From positions 576,001 through 640,000 of the forward strand of contig JBGAHS010000003.1 in assembly GCA_044226015.1 (NCBI GenBank): 64,000 nt of DNA, written 5' to 3'. The position numbers were made by a program, and so were the translations under genes. The stretch's first letter is position 1; each line of letters starts with the position of its first letter. Under the pieces are notes generated by a model, which made no database searches, was not told the DNA's origin, and worked only from the letters and a program-made list of their open reading frames with translations. Positions 29,312 through 38,927 of the stretch are shown in pieces. Source of the DNA: Candidatus Obscuribacteraceae bacterium. Lineage in GTDB: Bacteria; Cyanobacteriota; Vampirovibrionia; Obscuribacterales; Obscuribacteraceae.

Positions 29312-30364
29312 CTAATCCCGATACGCTGAATCCAGTGCTGCGACAACCTCTTGCTTAGTAGACTGGGGGAAACTCGAAGCTTCGATTGCAGTCATGTTGA
29401 CCGCCCGAAACTCAGAGCTTCCCCACCCGAAATGACGATTAAGAAGCAGGTACTCGTTACTCAAGTCAGAGTTAGTGAAGAGAGTACCGTCGGTATTAAC
29501 GGTGACACGCTTACCTGCTTGCAGAAGGCTGTCGATTGGATGTTCAGCCCAACTGCTAATCTGCCCTGTCAAAACGTTTGAACTTGGGCAGACTTCCAGA
29601 ATCCTGTTTTCTTGCCTTTGCCCACGCATACCGTGACCAAGTCGCAAGATTTCGAATTCTGCAAGTCTGACCAGATCTTCATCCTGGGGTTCGTCGGTTT
29701 CCCAGAGATGCACGTTCATCTGGATGCCATGCGCCTTCACACGCACAGCTTCCTTTGCCCACCAGAGAAGTACTCCCGGGTTGGCCTTCTCATCTCCTGC
29801 CAGGTCGAAGACACCAACATGGTCTTTGAACGCGATTGCCAGATCGACCAGCCGTCGGCATAGAGAGGCATCTTCGTGCCGCAAAGCACAGACGATGAGC
29901 CTGACTGGTATCGGTGCAGCGATGATGGCTCCTGACACAGCTTCCATCACTTGCTCAAGCGTGAGCCCAGACTGAATGTGTAGCTGCGGCGCGAAGCGCA
30001 GTTCCAGAGCTATGACGCCATCGCTGACCGCGTCTTCGATACGCTCGCGAGTGATACGCGCTAACCTCGAAGAAGTTCGCATTAGCGGCAGCACATGATG
30101 CACTATCGCAGCGACGTAGTTAGCCAGTGATGAACCAGCCTCAGTGGAAAGGAACTCCTGATACGCTGCTGCAGCCGCTGTGTGCTCACCAGATTCATAG
30201 AGCTCTCTAATGCTAGCGGGGAAGTTAGCGGGAACTTTCCATTGTTCTTCTTGCCAGAACTCAAGCATAGTGCTGGTTCTGAGTGAACAATCAAGGTGCT
30301 CATGAAGAAGAACCTTGGGCATCGACTTGATGGTCGAATGCTCTAACAAAGATGACTGCCCCAC
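29312..30364 (-). CDS. Adenosine deaminase family protein, paralogue 2
   Basis: MPKVLLHEHLD, ELRFAPQLH, DLAGDE, HLWE, RLGHG, EVCPSSN, VNTD; GTG 30364 after AAAGGAGAGG. Confidence 0.9.
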   Translation of the reverse strand: MGQSSLLEHSTIKSMPKVLLHEHLDCSLRTSTMLEFWQEEQWKVPANFPASIRELYESGEHTAAAAAYQEFLSTEAGSSLANYVAAIVHHVLPLMRTSSRLARITRERIEDAVSDGVIALELRFAPQLHIQSGLTLEQVMEAVSGAIIAAPIPVRLIVCALRHEDASLCRRLVDLAIAFKDHVGVFDLAGDEKANPGVLLWWAKEAVRVKAHGIQMNVHLWETDEPQDEDLVRLAEFEILRLGHGMRGQRQENRILEVCPSSNVLTGQISSWAEHPIDSLLQAGKRVTVNTDGTLFTNSDLSNEYLLLNRHFGWGSSEFRAVNMTAIEASSFPQSTKQEVVAALDSAYRD

Positions 30365-30850
30365 AACCTCTCCTTTACCGAAAAATCCCGAATCGATTAA
30401 CACAGCATCATAATCCAGAGGGATCGAATTGTCATCACTGGCGGGCTGCCGTTGGAAAAGTTCTCGAGATAGAGAGATATGGCGGGATGGAAAGAAAAGA
30501 AGGAAGAATCTCTTGGCAATTAGATATAAAGGGGCCGCTCGAACTCTATCCACCAGAGCACTTTGAATACAAGGGCAGTTAGAGAGCAAAGACCAATCCT
30601 GAACTAATTTTCCAGTGCACATGCGCTAGGGTTCAGCACCACCCAGCTCACAGCTAGCGCGGCTACCGTGAAGAAATACAGCCTGTGCATCAGCCACTTT
30701 TTGTTGAAAGTTTGCCCTTCTTGGGTTATCCCTGTGGCTACTATCGAACAAAGACGCTAATATGACTCTTACGGATATCGAAGATTTCTTCGAACCCGAG
30801 TTGACAAGCGGTCGCACAAGTTTGCGTATTGGCAAAGGAGGACGAGTCTT

Positions 30851-31282
30851 ATGGCAATGGGTGGTAGAACCGGTGAATCCTTCACCGACATCAACGTCAC
30901 TCCGCTTACGGACGTGTTCCTCGTGCTGCTGGTAATCATGATTTTGGTCGCTCCGCTGGTAAATCAGACCGTGTTAAAGGTAGACCCACCTCAGGCACCA
31001 AGCCAGAGCAAAGAAAAACCACCAGAAGATAAAGGTCCTAAAATCAAAGTCGACGTTTCGGCCGCTGGAGTAGTAAGTGTTAATGGAGCTGCAGTCAATC
31101 CTCCTGACTCTTTTACCATTCAACAGCGCATCGCAGCAGAACAGCAAAAAGCTGGCACACAAGACCTACCTTTAGAGTTGCAATCCGAAGCTGACTCCAT
31201 GCAAAAATATGTAGTGGCAGTAATGGACGCCGCTGCAGGAGCCGGTATCAAACGTATGAGAGTACTTCCACTCAAGAAGTAA
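30851..31282 (+). CDS. exbD: ExbD/TolR family biopolymer transport protein
   Basis: INVTPLTDVFLVLLVIMIL TM helix with the conserved Asp; VVAVMDAAAGAGI C-terminus; AAAGGAGG RBS. Confidence 0.92.
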   Translation: MAMGGRTGESFTDINVTPLTDVFLVLLVIMILVAPLVNQTVLKVDPPQAPSQSKEKPPEDKGPKIKVDVSAAGVVSVNGAAVNPPDSFTIQQRIAAEQQKAGTQDLPLELQSEADSMQKYVVAVMDAAAGAGIKRMRVLPLKK

Positions 31283-31482
31283 GCTATAGAAAAAAAATAG
31301 AAACGTAAACCTGGGCTCGCTAAAGCGAGCCTTTTCTTTGCCACCAAATACGACACCATATCAAGAAGCCATTTGAGCAAGATTCAGTGAAAACACTGAA
31401 TCTTACCAATACTCTACCCGGCTGTGTCGAACTTGTTTCAGCACTAAGATGGTGAAATCTACTGGCTCAGAGGCACTGCACC

Positions 31483-31887
31483 ATGATTAGCAAGAACGGA
31501 ACTTTCAATCAAATCAACGTCACTCCACTAACCGATGTTTTTCTCGTTCTACTGGTAGTTATGTTGATAGCGACTCCAACGTTTCAACGCAGCGTTTTGA
31601 AAATTTCAGCGCCTTCAAAGGGTGGCGAGCATTCCCAAATACCCGATAGCAAAGAACTAATCAGAATTAGAATCAATGCAGATGGCAAAGTAGGCATCAA
31701 CGAAAAAGCACTGGCAGATAATTCTTCAAAAGCGATACAAAGAGAACTGGAAATTCTGCAAATGCATAAAACGAAAAGCGAATTACAGGTAAAGATTTGT
31801 CCAGACCCCGACACGAAGCAACAAAACCTCGTAAACGCATTAGACGCGGCATGCGGAGCTGGCATAAAGCAAGTCAACATAGAGTAA
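31483..31887 (+). CDS. exbD: Second ExbD/TolR family protein
   Basis: INVTPLTDVFLVLLVVMLI and LVNALDAACGAGI. Confidence 0.9.
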   Translation: MISKNGTFNQINVTPLTDVFLVLLVVMLIATPTFQRSVLKISAPSKGGEHSQIPDSKELIRIRINADGKVGINEKALADNSSKAIQRELEILQMHKTKSELQVKICPDPDTKQQNLVNALDAACGAGIKQVNIE

Positions 31888-32105
31888 TAATGACAGTTGC
31901 AAACTGCTAATTTTACTGACACCACTGACAATACCAAAACATATCTACTGCAAGTATTTCGCTGACGACTATTGCTATATTGGAATGTCCCGAAAACTCG
32001 TCCAGCCGCGAATCCTAAATAGATCTTGAAGGTATGTCGTGACAAGCCTCTTCAGTCTCTTAGAAAGTCTTTACTGCCTGAGAGGGCGTTTGAAACCCGA
32101 AAGCA

Positions 32106-32134
32106 TTGACACTCCTTGGATTCTGCCATATTGT
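32106..32134 (+). promoter_or_regulatory. Candidate sigma70 promoter of the leucine dehydrogenase gene
   Basis: TTGACA - 17 bp - TATTGT, about 90 bp upstream of the ATG. Confidence 0.55.
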
Positions 32135-32223
32135 AAGCGCCAATCGCGTCACAAAAATATGCTTTTTGCAGACGATTCGAAACGCGGTTGAAAACAACTT
32201 CGGTCATCCAAGGGAGAATCTAA

Positions 32224-33294
32224 ATGCTTGAGCTATTCAAAGACCTGGATACTTATGGGCATGAACAGATAGTTTTTTTCCAGGACAAAGCAACTGGTTT
32301 GAAAGCTATCGTGGGAATACACAGCACCGTTCTCGGTCCTGCACTCGGCGGCTGCCGGATGTGGAACTATAAAGATGAGTCCGAAGCTTTCCGTGACGTA
32401 CTCAGACTCTCTCGTGGAATGTCCTACAAAGCGGCAATCGCCGGATTGCATCTCGGCGGTGGCAAAGCCGTAATTTTCGGAGATTCACGCACACAAAAGA
32501 GCGAAGGACTCCTGAAATCATTCGGTCGCTACATCGACTCCCTCGGTGGCAGATACATCACAGCAGAAGACGTCGGTATGAAAGTCGGCGACATCGACAT
32601 CATCCGCACGCAGACCACACATGCAGTCGGCGGAAGTAACGAAGGCGGCAGTGGGGACCCAAGCGGCATGACCGCACTTGGAACTTTCCAGGGCATGAAG
32701 GCGGCTGTGAAAGCCGCTAACATCGGCGAGCTTTCCGATCTCACAGTCGCTATTCAAGGTGTGGGCAACGTCGGTTACCACCTCTCAAGCTATCTCTCAG
32801 CTGCTGGCGCTAAGCTCGTAGTGAGCGACATCTACCCGGCACAAGCAGAAAGAGTGAAAGAAGAATTCGGCGCGAAAATAGTTGCTGCGGAAGAAATTTA
32901 CGGTGTTGATTGTGACGTGTTTGCACCTTGCGCACTCGGAGCAATCATCAACCAGAAGACCATTCCACTTTTGAAGTGTAAAGTTGTAGCAGGCGCTGCT
33001 AACAATCAGCTAGAAACAGAAAACGACGGATTCGCACTCATGAAGCGTGGCATCGTTTACGCTCCAGATTACGCTATCAACGGCGGCGGATTAATCAACG
33101 TCGCAGCTGAACTCGACGGATACAACAAAGAAATCGTACTCGGCAAGGTCAGCAAGATTTACAACACAATCGCCGACATCCTTGCTCACGCTGAAAAAGC
33201 AGGCATTCCACCTCACGTGGCTGCCGATGAAATCGCTGAGAAGAGGTTGAACGAAAAAAAGGCCAGTGGCTCTCGCCAGGTAGCTAAAGTCTAA
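32224..33294 (+). CDS. ldh: Leucine dehydrogenase (Glu/Leu/Phe/Val dehydrogenase family)
   Basis: LGPALGGCRM, GMSYK, LGGGKAVI, YITAEDVG, GDPS, QGVGNVG, GAANNQL, APDYAINGGG. Confidence 0.95.
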   Translation: MLELFKDLDTYGHEQIVFFQDKATGLKAIVGIHSTVLGPALGGCRMWNYKDESEAFRDVLRLSRGMSYKAAIAGLHLGGGKAVIFGDSRTQKSEGLLKSFGRYIDSLGGRYITAEDVGMKVGDIDIIRTQTTHAVGGSNEGGSGDPSGMTALGTFQGMKAAVKAANIGELSDLTVAIQGVGNVGYHLSSYLSAAGAKLVVSDIYPAQAERVKEEFGAKIVAAEEIYGVDCDVFAPCALGAIINQKTIPLLKCKVVAGAANNQLETENDGFALMKRGIVYAPDYAINGGGLINVAAELDGYNKEIVLGKVSKIYNTIADILAHAEKAGIPPHVAADEIAEKRLNEKKASGSRQVAKV

Positions 33295-33313
33295 TTGCGA
33301 GAGCATTAAATTC

Positions 33314-33347
33314 GAAAGGTCCACCCGAAGGTGGACCTTTTCTTTTT
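33314..33347 (+). terminator. Intrinsic terminator after ldh
   Basis: AAAGGTCCACC-CGAA-GGTGGACCTTT followed by a T tract. Confidence 0.9.
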
Positions 33348-33435
33348 GCACACCCGTTACGAAACGACTTTTCAAGAGCAAAGACAAGATTAATTAGGGG
33401 ACAATAAGATTATCTGTCTCAAGGTAAATTAGTTC

Positions 33436-33807
33436 ATGACTGAGATATCAGGCTCGAACCATCTCGTCCAGGATGACTTCAAGTGCCCACGCTGTGGCAC
33501 CAAGCTCAGCTGCGGAATTGGCTTCAGGGCTGGCACCGTCAAAGGTATTAACTACAAGATTGGAGACAAAATCGATTGGTCGGGAAAACCTAACTGGCCA
33601 AGCGAACGTCCGGAAAATGGAAGCTTTAAGACTATAGGCTATTTTGAGTGTGAAAACCTCAGATGTGAGACCTGGAACGATTGCTTCCCTGAGGTGCAGG
33701 AAGTTCTCATAACCATCGAGAACGACATTATTCGCGCTTATAAACCTGTCTTCTACAAACCAGACAGTATCGACTTCTCCGTATTAACCCCAGACCAGGA
33801 AATTTGA
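33436..33807 (+). CDS. Small putative zinc-binding hypothetical protein
   Basis: CPRC plus CENLRC Cys clusters; 4 bp gap to the next gene. Confidence 0.7.
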   Translation: MTEISGSNHLVQDDFKCPRCGTKLSCGIGFRAGTVKGINYKIGDKIDWSGKPNWPSERPENGSFKTIGYFECENLRCETWNDCFPEVQEVLITIENDIIRAYKPVFYKPDSIDFSVLTPDQEI

Positions 33808-33811
33808 AAAG

Positions 33812-34984
33812 ATGGACGCCAAAGAGTTTTTGATGATACCGGGACCAACACCAGTTCCAGACAACGTATTGGCGGCGCTTGCAGCGCATCCATTGGGGCA
33901 CCGCACAAAAGAGTTTTCAAAGATATTTGCAGGAGTGACAAACTCACTAAAGAAACTAGCTCAGGCTGAGGAAGAGGACGCCTATGTTCTTACCTCTTCA
34001 GGAACAGGAGCTATGGAAGCTGCAATATCAAACACACTGAGTCCGGGAGACGAAGTTTTGAGCCTGGTATGCGGCGTTTTTGGCGAACGCTGGGCAAAAA
34101 TCTCCGAAGCTTTCGGAATGAAAGTTGAGCGACTGAAAGTAGAAGCAGGTCAGCCAATCTCGCTGGAAAGCCTGAGACAACGCTTGCTTCAAGACAAAGG
34201 ACGCCAAATAAAAGCTGTGACGATCACTCACAATGAGACATCAACCGGAGTGATAAATGACCTGCAGCAGCTCGTACTCGCTGTCAGAGAGCATGGTGCA
34301 TTGTGCATAGTTGACGCTGTCACAAGTTTCGGCGCCGTGCCAATCTCATTCAGCGCCTGGGGCATCGACGTCCTCGTTGCTGGAAGCCAGAAAGCACTCA
34401 TGCTGCCTCCTGGTCTTGCAGTAATATTCTTCAGCAAGAGAGCCTGGCAGGCTTATGAGACCTCAAAACTGCCAAAGTTCTACTTCGACCTAGGCAAATG
34501 CAGAAAGTCGCTGGAAGCAGAAACAACTCCGTTTACACCAAATGTTTCATTGATTGCAGCACTCAAGACCTCGCTCGACATGATTCAACAAGAAGGTCTC
34601 ACCTCTATTGCAGCTCGCCACGACCGCATGAAAAAAGCCCTCAGAGCAGGGCTTATCGGCATGGGACTCAAACCACTGGTCGCCGAACAGCATGCTAGTC
34701 CAACCATCACTGCATGCCTTCCACCAGCGAGCACTTCGGTAGATCAAATTCGCCGTTTGATGAACGAGCGTTATCAGATTCGACTGGCTGACGGACAAGA
34801 GGAACTTAAGAGCAAAATTTTCCGCGTCGGCCACATGGGATATGTTTTCGAACGTGACATTCTCATGACACTTGCTACTCTGGAAGTTTGCTTGACCACT
34901 CTTGGACATCGCTGCCCAGCCGGAATAGGCGTAGGCTCTGCAATTACAGAGTTGACCAGCGTCCAGAGCATGCTCAGCAAGTAG
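33812..34984 (+). CDS. Class V PLP aminotransferase (alanine-glyoxylate/serine-pyruvate family)
   Basis: MIPGPTP, SSGTGAME, HNETSTGV, VDAVTS, GSQKALMLPPG (PLP lysine), FRVGHMG. Confidence 0.93.
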   Translation: MDAKEFLMIPGPTPVPDNVLAALAAHPLGHRTKEFSKIFAGVTNSLKKLAQAEEEDAYVLTSSGTGAMEAAISNTLSPGDEVLSLVCGVFGERWAKISEAFGMKVERLKVEAGQPISLESLRQRLLQDKGRQIKAVTITHNETSTGVINDLQQLVLAVREHGALCIVDAVTSFGAVPISFSAWGIDVLVAGSQKALMLPPGLAVIFFSKRAWQAYETSKLPKFYFDLGKCRKSLEAETTPFTPNVSLIAALKTSLDMIQQEGLTSIAARHDRMKKALRAGLIGMGLKPLVAEQHASPTITACLPPASTSVDQIRRLMNERYQIRLADGQEELKSKIFRVGHMGYVFERDILMTLATLEVCLTTLGHRCPAGIGVGSAITELTSVQSMLSK

Positions 34985-35092
34985 GTAAAAATCAGCAAGC
35001 AAGCGCACCTTGGCAACTTAAAGTTTTCCAAGCTTGTCTAAAACGCGCTGTTTTTCTGATATTAAATGGATACAGAGTATCCGTGATTTCTC

Positions 35093-35989
35093 ATGAAAAA
35101 TCGTAGAAAAGAAAACCTGAAAGCTGGACTCTTAGCCGCAAATTTGTTTTGCGCTGTTTTGCTTTCAGCTCTTCCTGCTTCAGCACAATGGGGCTATTCG
35201 CCCTTGACGGGCAGCAACAACTGGCTTTGGCTTAGTCGCTCTCTCTATTCCCCTAGCTATTTTCTCTTCAGAAACGGCTCTTATGGAGCAGGCGGCTATC
35301 TAGTGAATTCTCTGGCTTATCAAGCTGCTTACGGAGTCAGCCAGGGCATCAATTCTGTTGGAAGAAAGAAAGCCATGAAGCAGTATTATCAGAATGCCAA
35401 CAACGGCATTAACGCTCCTGTAATTGATCAAGTTTCTGCTGCACCGTGGTATCACCCTCCGCGTGGAGTGAATGGCTATCAGACGGGACCACAAACGAGT
35501 CCTGTGCCATCAGTTACAGCAAGTGATAAAGATCCCTTTGCCGATCCACAAGCTGGCAATTTTATGCCGGTGCCCCAGATGATGAATGATGATGCCCCGG
35601 GAAACGGACCAATAGTCAATCCGCTAACTCAACCGCTGGCGGCTCTGCCTGTTGAACCCACCCCGGTGAAGAAAAGCAAGACAGTTCCAGCTGCTGCGCC
35701 CGACTTTAGAGCTGCACAAGCAGAACAGGCAAAAGCAGAGGTGCCCTCGAGCAATCCATTTGCACAGGCTTTCGTCGATCACGTCAACAATAAGTTCGAA
35801 GGCAATATTGCAAAGGCTTTTGCAGATAAACAAACTACCGCTTACGCAAAAGCACTGGGCTTCATTGAAACAAGCAAAATCTCAGAAATTCCAGAAGACC
35901 GATTGGACTTGATCAACAAGATTTTGAAGGATCCTGGTGAGGATGCTTTGACCAAAGTAAACACCATTCGGTTGCTGATAAAACACTAG
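35093..35989 (+). CDS. Secreted hypothetical protein
   Basis: Signal peptide ending PASA, Tyr/Gly-rich region, Pro linker, helical C-terminal domain. Confidence 0.75.
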   Translation: MKNRRKENLKAGLLAANLFCAVLLSALPASAQWGYSPLTGSNNWLWLSRSLYSPSYFLFRNGSYGAGGYLVNSLAYQAAYGVSQGINSVGRKKAMKQYYQNANNGINAPVIDQVSAAPWYHPPRGVNGYQTGPQTSPVPSVTASDKDPFADPQAGNFMPVPQMMNDDAPGNGPIVNPLTQPLAALPVEPTPVKKSKTVPAAAPDFRAAQAEQAKAEVPSSNPFAQAFVDHVNNKFEGNIAKAFADKQTTAYAKALGFIETSKISEIPEDRLDLINKILKDPGEDALTKVNTIRLLIKH

Positions 35990-36152
35990 CTTTTGCTGGA
36001 TGTTTTTGGAAGTTGCAAATAGGGTAAATTGGCAGAAGGGACGAAAGTCTCTCAGTAGCTTTTCGATTTACTTGCTTAACAGTTGAATTGAGATATCATT
36101 GTGCGCAATGAGTGAATTACTACCTCTCTGCTTACTAAGAATATGGGCGCGA

Positions 36153-37799
36153 ATGAACGACTCCTGGTTGTCGTTCAAGACTGTCGGCAAAGACAGGTAC
36201 CTTATCAACCCATCCGGTTATTTCATCGAACTTCCTGACGGCTCGTTAACGCAGATCAGTCCAAGAGTGACATTTCCAGTCTGGGACCTCTTTCCTTCTG
36301 TGCCCATGGAAACTCTGAGCATTCGGACACAGTATGGACCAGATGCCAGATTTGTGGCGGTTCCGATGATAGTTCCGCGCGAAACTGAACCTGTCAAAGT
36401 TGATGTTGAAACGCTACGACAGGATCCTCTAACCAAATTGCAGTTTCCCGAGGGCTTGGGTGAACTTGAAAAGTACGTGCTCTTTCGCGCGCTTGAGGCT
36501 GGTCTGGTTTCAAAAACTGGCTTCAGCAAGATGGTGGAGATGCGAAGCCGTTACCGGACAATTGGGTCCGCTTTAATTTATGGTGGCATCTGCCAGTGGG
36601 AAACGCTTCTAGGATATTGCCTTGATACTAGACCGCCTTCCCGTCTTGATCCGCCATCGCTTCGCACGCTCATTGAAAGACGCGAATGGGAGCTGATAGG
36701 TGAAATTCTTCAAGCCCTTGGAAAAATAAATCGCACGCAACTCGAATACGCGTTAAAGATAAAACGCGAAGGCAGCCAGGCTCTGGGTCAGATTCTCACT
36801 GCCATGGGCGCCTGCCAACCTCTCGACGTTGAGCGCTGTTTGAAAATTCAAGAAGAAGTAAAACAGCCTGCCGGCGGCGAAGTAGCGCTTATCGGCAAAT
36901 TACTCGTAAGTCAGGGAGTAATTTCGGAAGAGGACCTTGAGGATGCTTTGCGCAATCAGCGAATTGCAAGACAGCCTCTTTCAAAAATACTTGTCTCGAT
37001 GGGTGCATGCTCACAACGCGACATCGACGGCTTTGCCAGAGTTTCCGGCGTATCCTTCCAATCAGAAATCGATGATGTAAGCCTGGGAAATTATCTGCTG
37101 AAAACAGAAACTATTACAAAAACCCACATGGAAGAAGCCCTCCGCATTCAACAACGGGGACGTCAGGTTCTCGGCGAACTTCTAGTATCCATGGGGCTTT
37201 GTTCAGCCACAGACATCGAAAACGTCATTCAATTTCAACGCGAAGTAAGAGAGACACATCGCTCTGGAGTTGAAAAACTCGGTTCAATTCTCATCCACGC
37301 AGGAAAGGTTCCGCCCCCCAAAGTGGAAGAGGCCGTGAAATTGCAAGGCATAGGCAGGCAGCCATTTGGAGCCATCCTCGTAGCGCTTGGCGCCTGCACC
37401 GCCGATGATGTCATTGAAGCTCTGGACATTCAAGCAAAATGGCGAGCAAGAGAGCGTCCACCTGGAGACAGATTGGGTGAAGTGCTGGTCAGACAAGGTG
37501 TTGTTTCAGAAGAAGATCTGGAAGGACCACTTCTTGAACATATGAGAGAAGAACGACCTCTCGGTCGCATCTTGATCGATCGAAACATCTGCGTTCCTGA
37601 ACAGATCATCGAAGCACTAATTGAGCGCGATCATGATCGTCAGTATCAGTTTCTGGAGTTTGTCAGAAACTACACAAACACTCCATCAAACCGAACGGGT
37701 TCAGACAAGATCGACGAAGCTCACCAGGAAGGTCAAAGGAAGGGTTCAATCGTCGACAAGCTTTCATCATGGTTTTCCAGACCGAAAGGCAAGCCCTGA
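36153..37799 (+). CDS. Stand-alone multi-MshEN-motif protein
   Basis: About 11-12 copies of (R)LGxxLxxxGxxxxxxLxxxLxxQ, e.g. RLGEVLVRQGVVSEEDL; no ATPase domain. Start uncertain (36108 or 36153). Confidence 0.8.
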   Translation: MNDSWLSFKTVGKDRYLINPSGYFIELPDGSLTQISPRVTFPVWDLFPSVPMETLSIRTQYGPDARFVAVPMIVPRETEPVKVDVETLRQDPLTKLQFPEGLGELEKYVLFRALEAGLVSKTGFSKMVEMRSRYRTIGSALIYGGICQWETLLGYCLDTRPPSRLDPPSLRTLIERREWELIGEILQALGKINRTQLEYALKIKREGSQALGQILTAMGACQPLDVERCLKIQEEVKQPAGGEVALIGKLLVSQGVISEEDLEDALRNQRIARQPLSKILVSMGACSQRDIDGFARVSGVSFQSEIDDVSLGNYLLKTETITKTHMEEALRIQQRGRQVLGELLVSMGLCSATDIENVIQFQREVRETHRSGVEKLGSILIHAGKVPPPKVEEAVKLQGIGRQPFGAILVALGACTADDVIEALDIQAKWRARERPPGDRLGEVLVRQGVVSEEDLEGPLLEHMREERPLGRILIDRNICVPEQIIEALIERDHDRQYQFLEFVRNYTNTPSNRTGSDKIDEAHQEGQRKGSIVDKLSSWFSRPKGKP

Positions 37800-37804
37800 T
37801 CGAG

Positions 37805-38884
37805 ATGCGAAAACGCCTCCGTGAACTGGGTATTAAGACCGGTTATTTGCCAGTCGGCAAGAAAAATACCATATGTGATGTAGCAGGACTTCGTGTTGGA
37901 CACAGCACGATAATCGAAGGAGATGGCGCACTTGTCCGCGGTCAGGGACCGAAACGAACTGGCGTCACAGTCATCATTCCTCACGCAGATGACCTCTGGA
38001 GTAGTCGCCCCAGTGGTGCATTTTATTCTCTCAACGGCTGCGGCGTGGTTCTTGGTTCCGACTGGATTAATGAATCAGGAGCGCTCGAAGGTCCAATAGC
38101 GCTGACAAATAGCCATTCCGTCTTTGATGTTGGCAAAGCACTGACAAACATCATGGTCGACAGATTCCCAGCCATAGGCACCACAGATGATGCCTATCTT
38201 CCAGTAGTAGGCGAATGCGACGACAGCCCTCTCAACGACATTAATGGGTATCACGTAAAAGAAGAACACGTACGTAAGGCATTTGAAAATGCAAGCGACG
38301 ATGTGACAGAAGGAGCTGTCGGAGCCGGCACCGGCATGACTTGCTACGGCTTTAAGGGCGGCATCGGAACAGCATCGCGTCTTGTTTCAATTCAAGATAA
38401 GACATACACCGTAGGTGTGCTGGTAAATACGAACCATGGTCAAACCCACCAGCTTCTGATTAACGGGAACCCGGTCGGTTTGCGCCTCAAAGAGGAAAGC
38501 CTGGGAAAAGCGAACGATGAGGGAAGCATAGTAATGCTAGTTGCGACTGACGCACCCTTCAATCACCAACAGCTAGAACGAATCTGCAAACGTGCATGCA
38601 TGGGGCTTGCCCGAACCGGCTCAAGTGCAGGCAACGGCAGTGGTGACTTCGTCATCGCTTTTTCCACCGGTCGTCGAGTACCTCGCCAAAACAAATCTGC
38701 CATTCTTACCTTGCCAGAAATTCATTCAGACCACATTGGTGGCTTCTTCGAAGCTACTGTAGAAGCAACTGAGGAAGCCATTCTCAACAGCATTTTTGTT
38801 GCCGACAGCATGACGGGGCGCGATGGATTCACCTCGCCTGCACTGCCAGTTTCTCGCTGCCTTGAGCTTTTGCAAGAAAAATGA
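37805..38884 (+). CDS. DmpA-like aminopeptidase (peptidase family P1/S58)
   Basis: DVAGLRVGH, RTGVTVI, PVVGECDD, GFKGGIGTASR, autocleavage site GSIV-ATDAP, NGSGD. Confidence 0.92.
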   Translation: MRKRLRELGIKTGYLPVGKKNTICDVAGLRVGHSTIIEGDGALVRGQGPKRTGVTVIIPHADDLWSSRPSGAFYSLNGCGVVLGSDWINESGALEGPIALTNSHSVFDVGKALTNIMVDRFPAIGTTDDAYLPVVGECDDSPLNDINGYHVKEEHVRKAFENASDDVTEGAVGAGTGMTCYGFKGGIGTASRLVSIQDKTYTVGVLVNTNHGQTHQLLINGNPVGLRLKEESLGKANDEGSIVMLVATDAPFNHQQLERICKRACMGLARTGSSAGNGSGDFVIAFSTGRRVPRQNKSAILTLPEIHSDHIGGFFEATVEATEEAILNSIFVADSMTGRDGFTSPALPVSRCLELLQEK

Positions 38885-38909
38885 GGACAATTTCTTGCCC
38901 TCATTTTTC
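38876..38909. terminator. Bidirectional terminator between convergent genes
   Basis: GAAAAATGAGG...CCTCATTTTTC inverted repeat. Confidence 0.7.
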
Positions 38910-38927
38910 TCTATATTCTTGCTAGTC

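Noticed and set aside
25565..29315. Long plus-strand ORFs (819 aa and 405 aa) antisense to fadJ/fadA; similar ones at 1091-2179, 43570-44883 and 47560-49641
   Set aside because: Shadow frames produced by the strong codon bias of the real genes; no motifs or RBS.
30365..30622. N-terminal ORF extensions (also 61639-61758, 58570-58665, 4255-4518, 2656-2796)
   Set aside because: Downstream starts have good RBSs and coincide with the start of family homology or codon bias.
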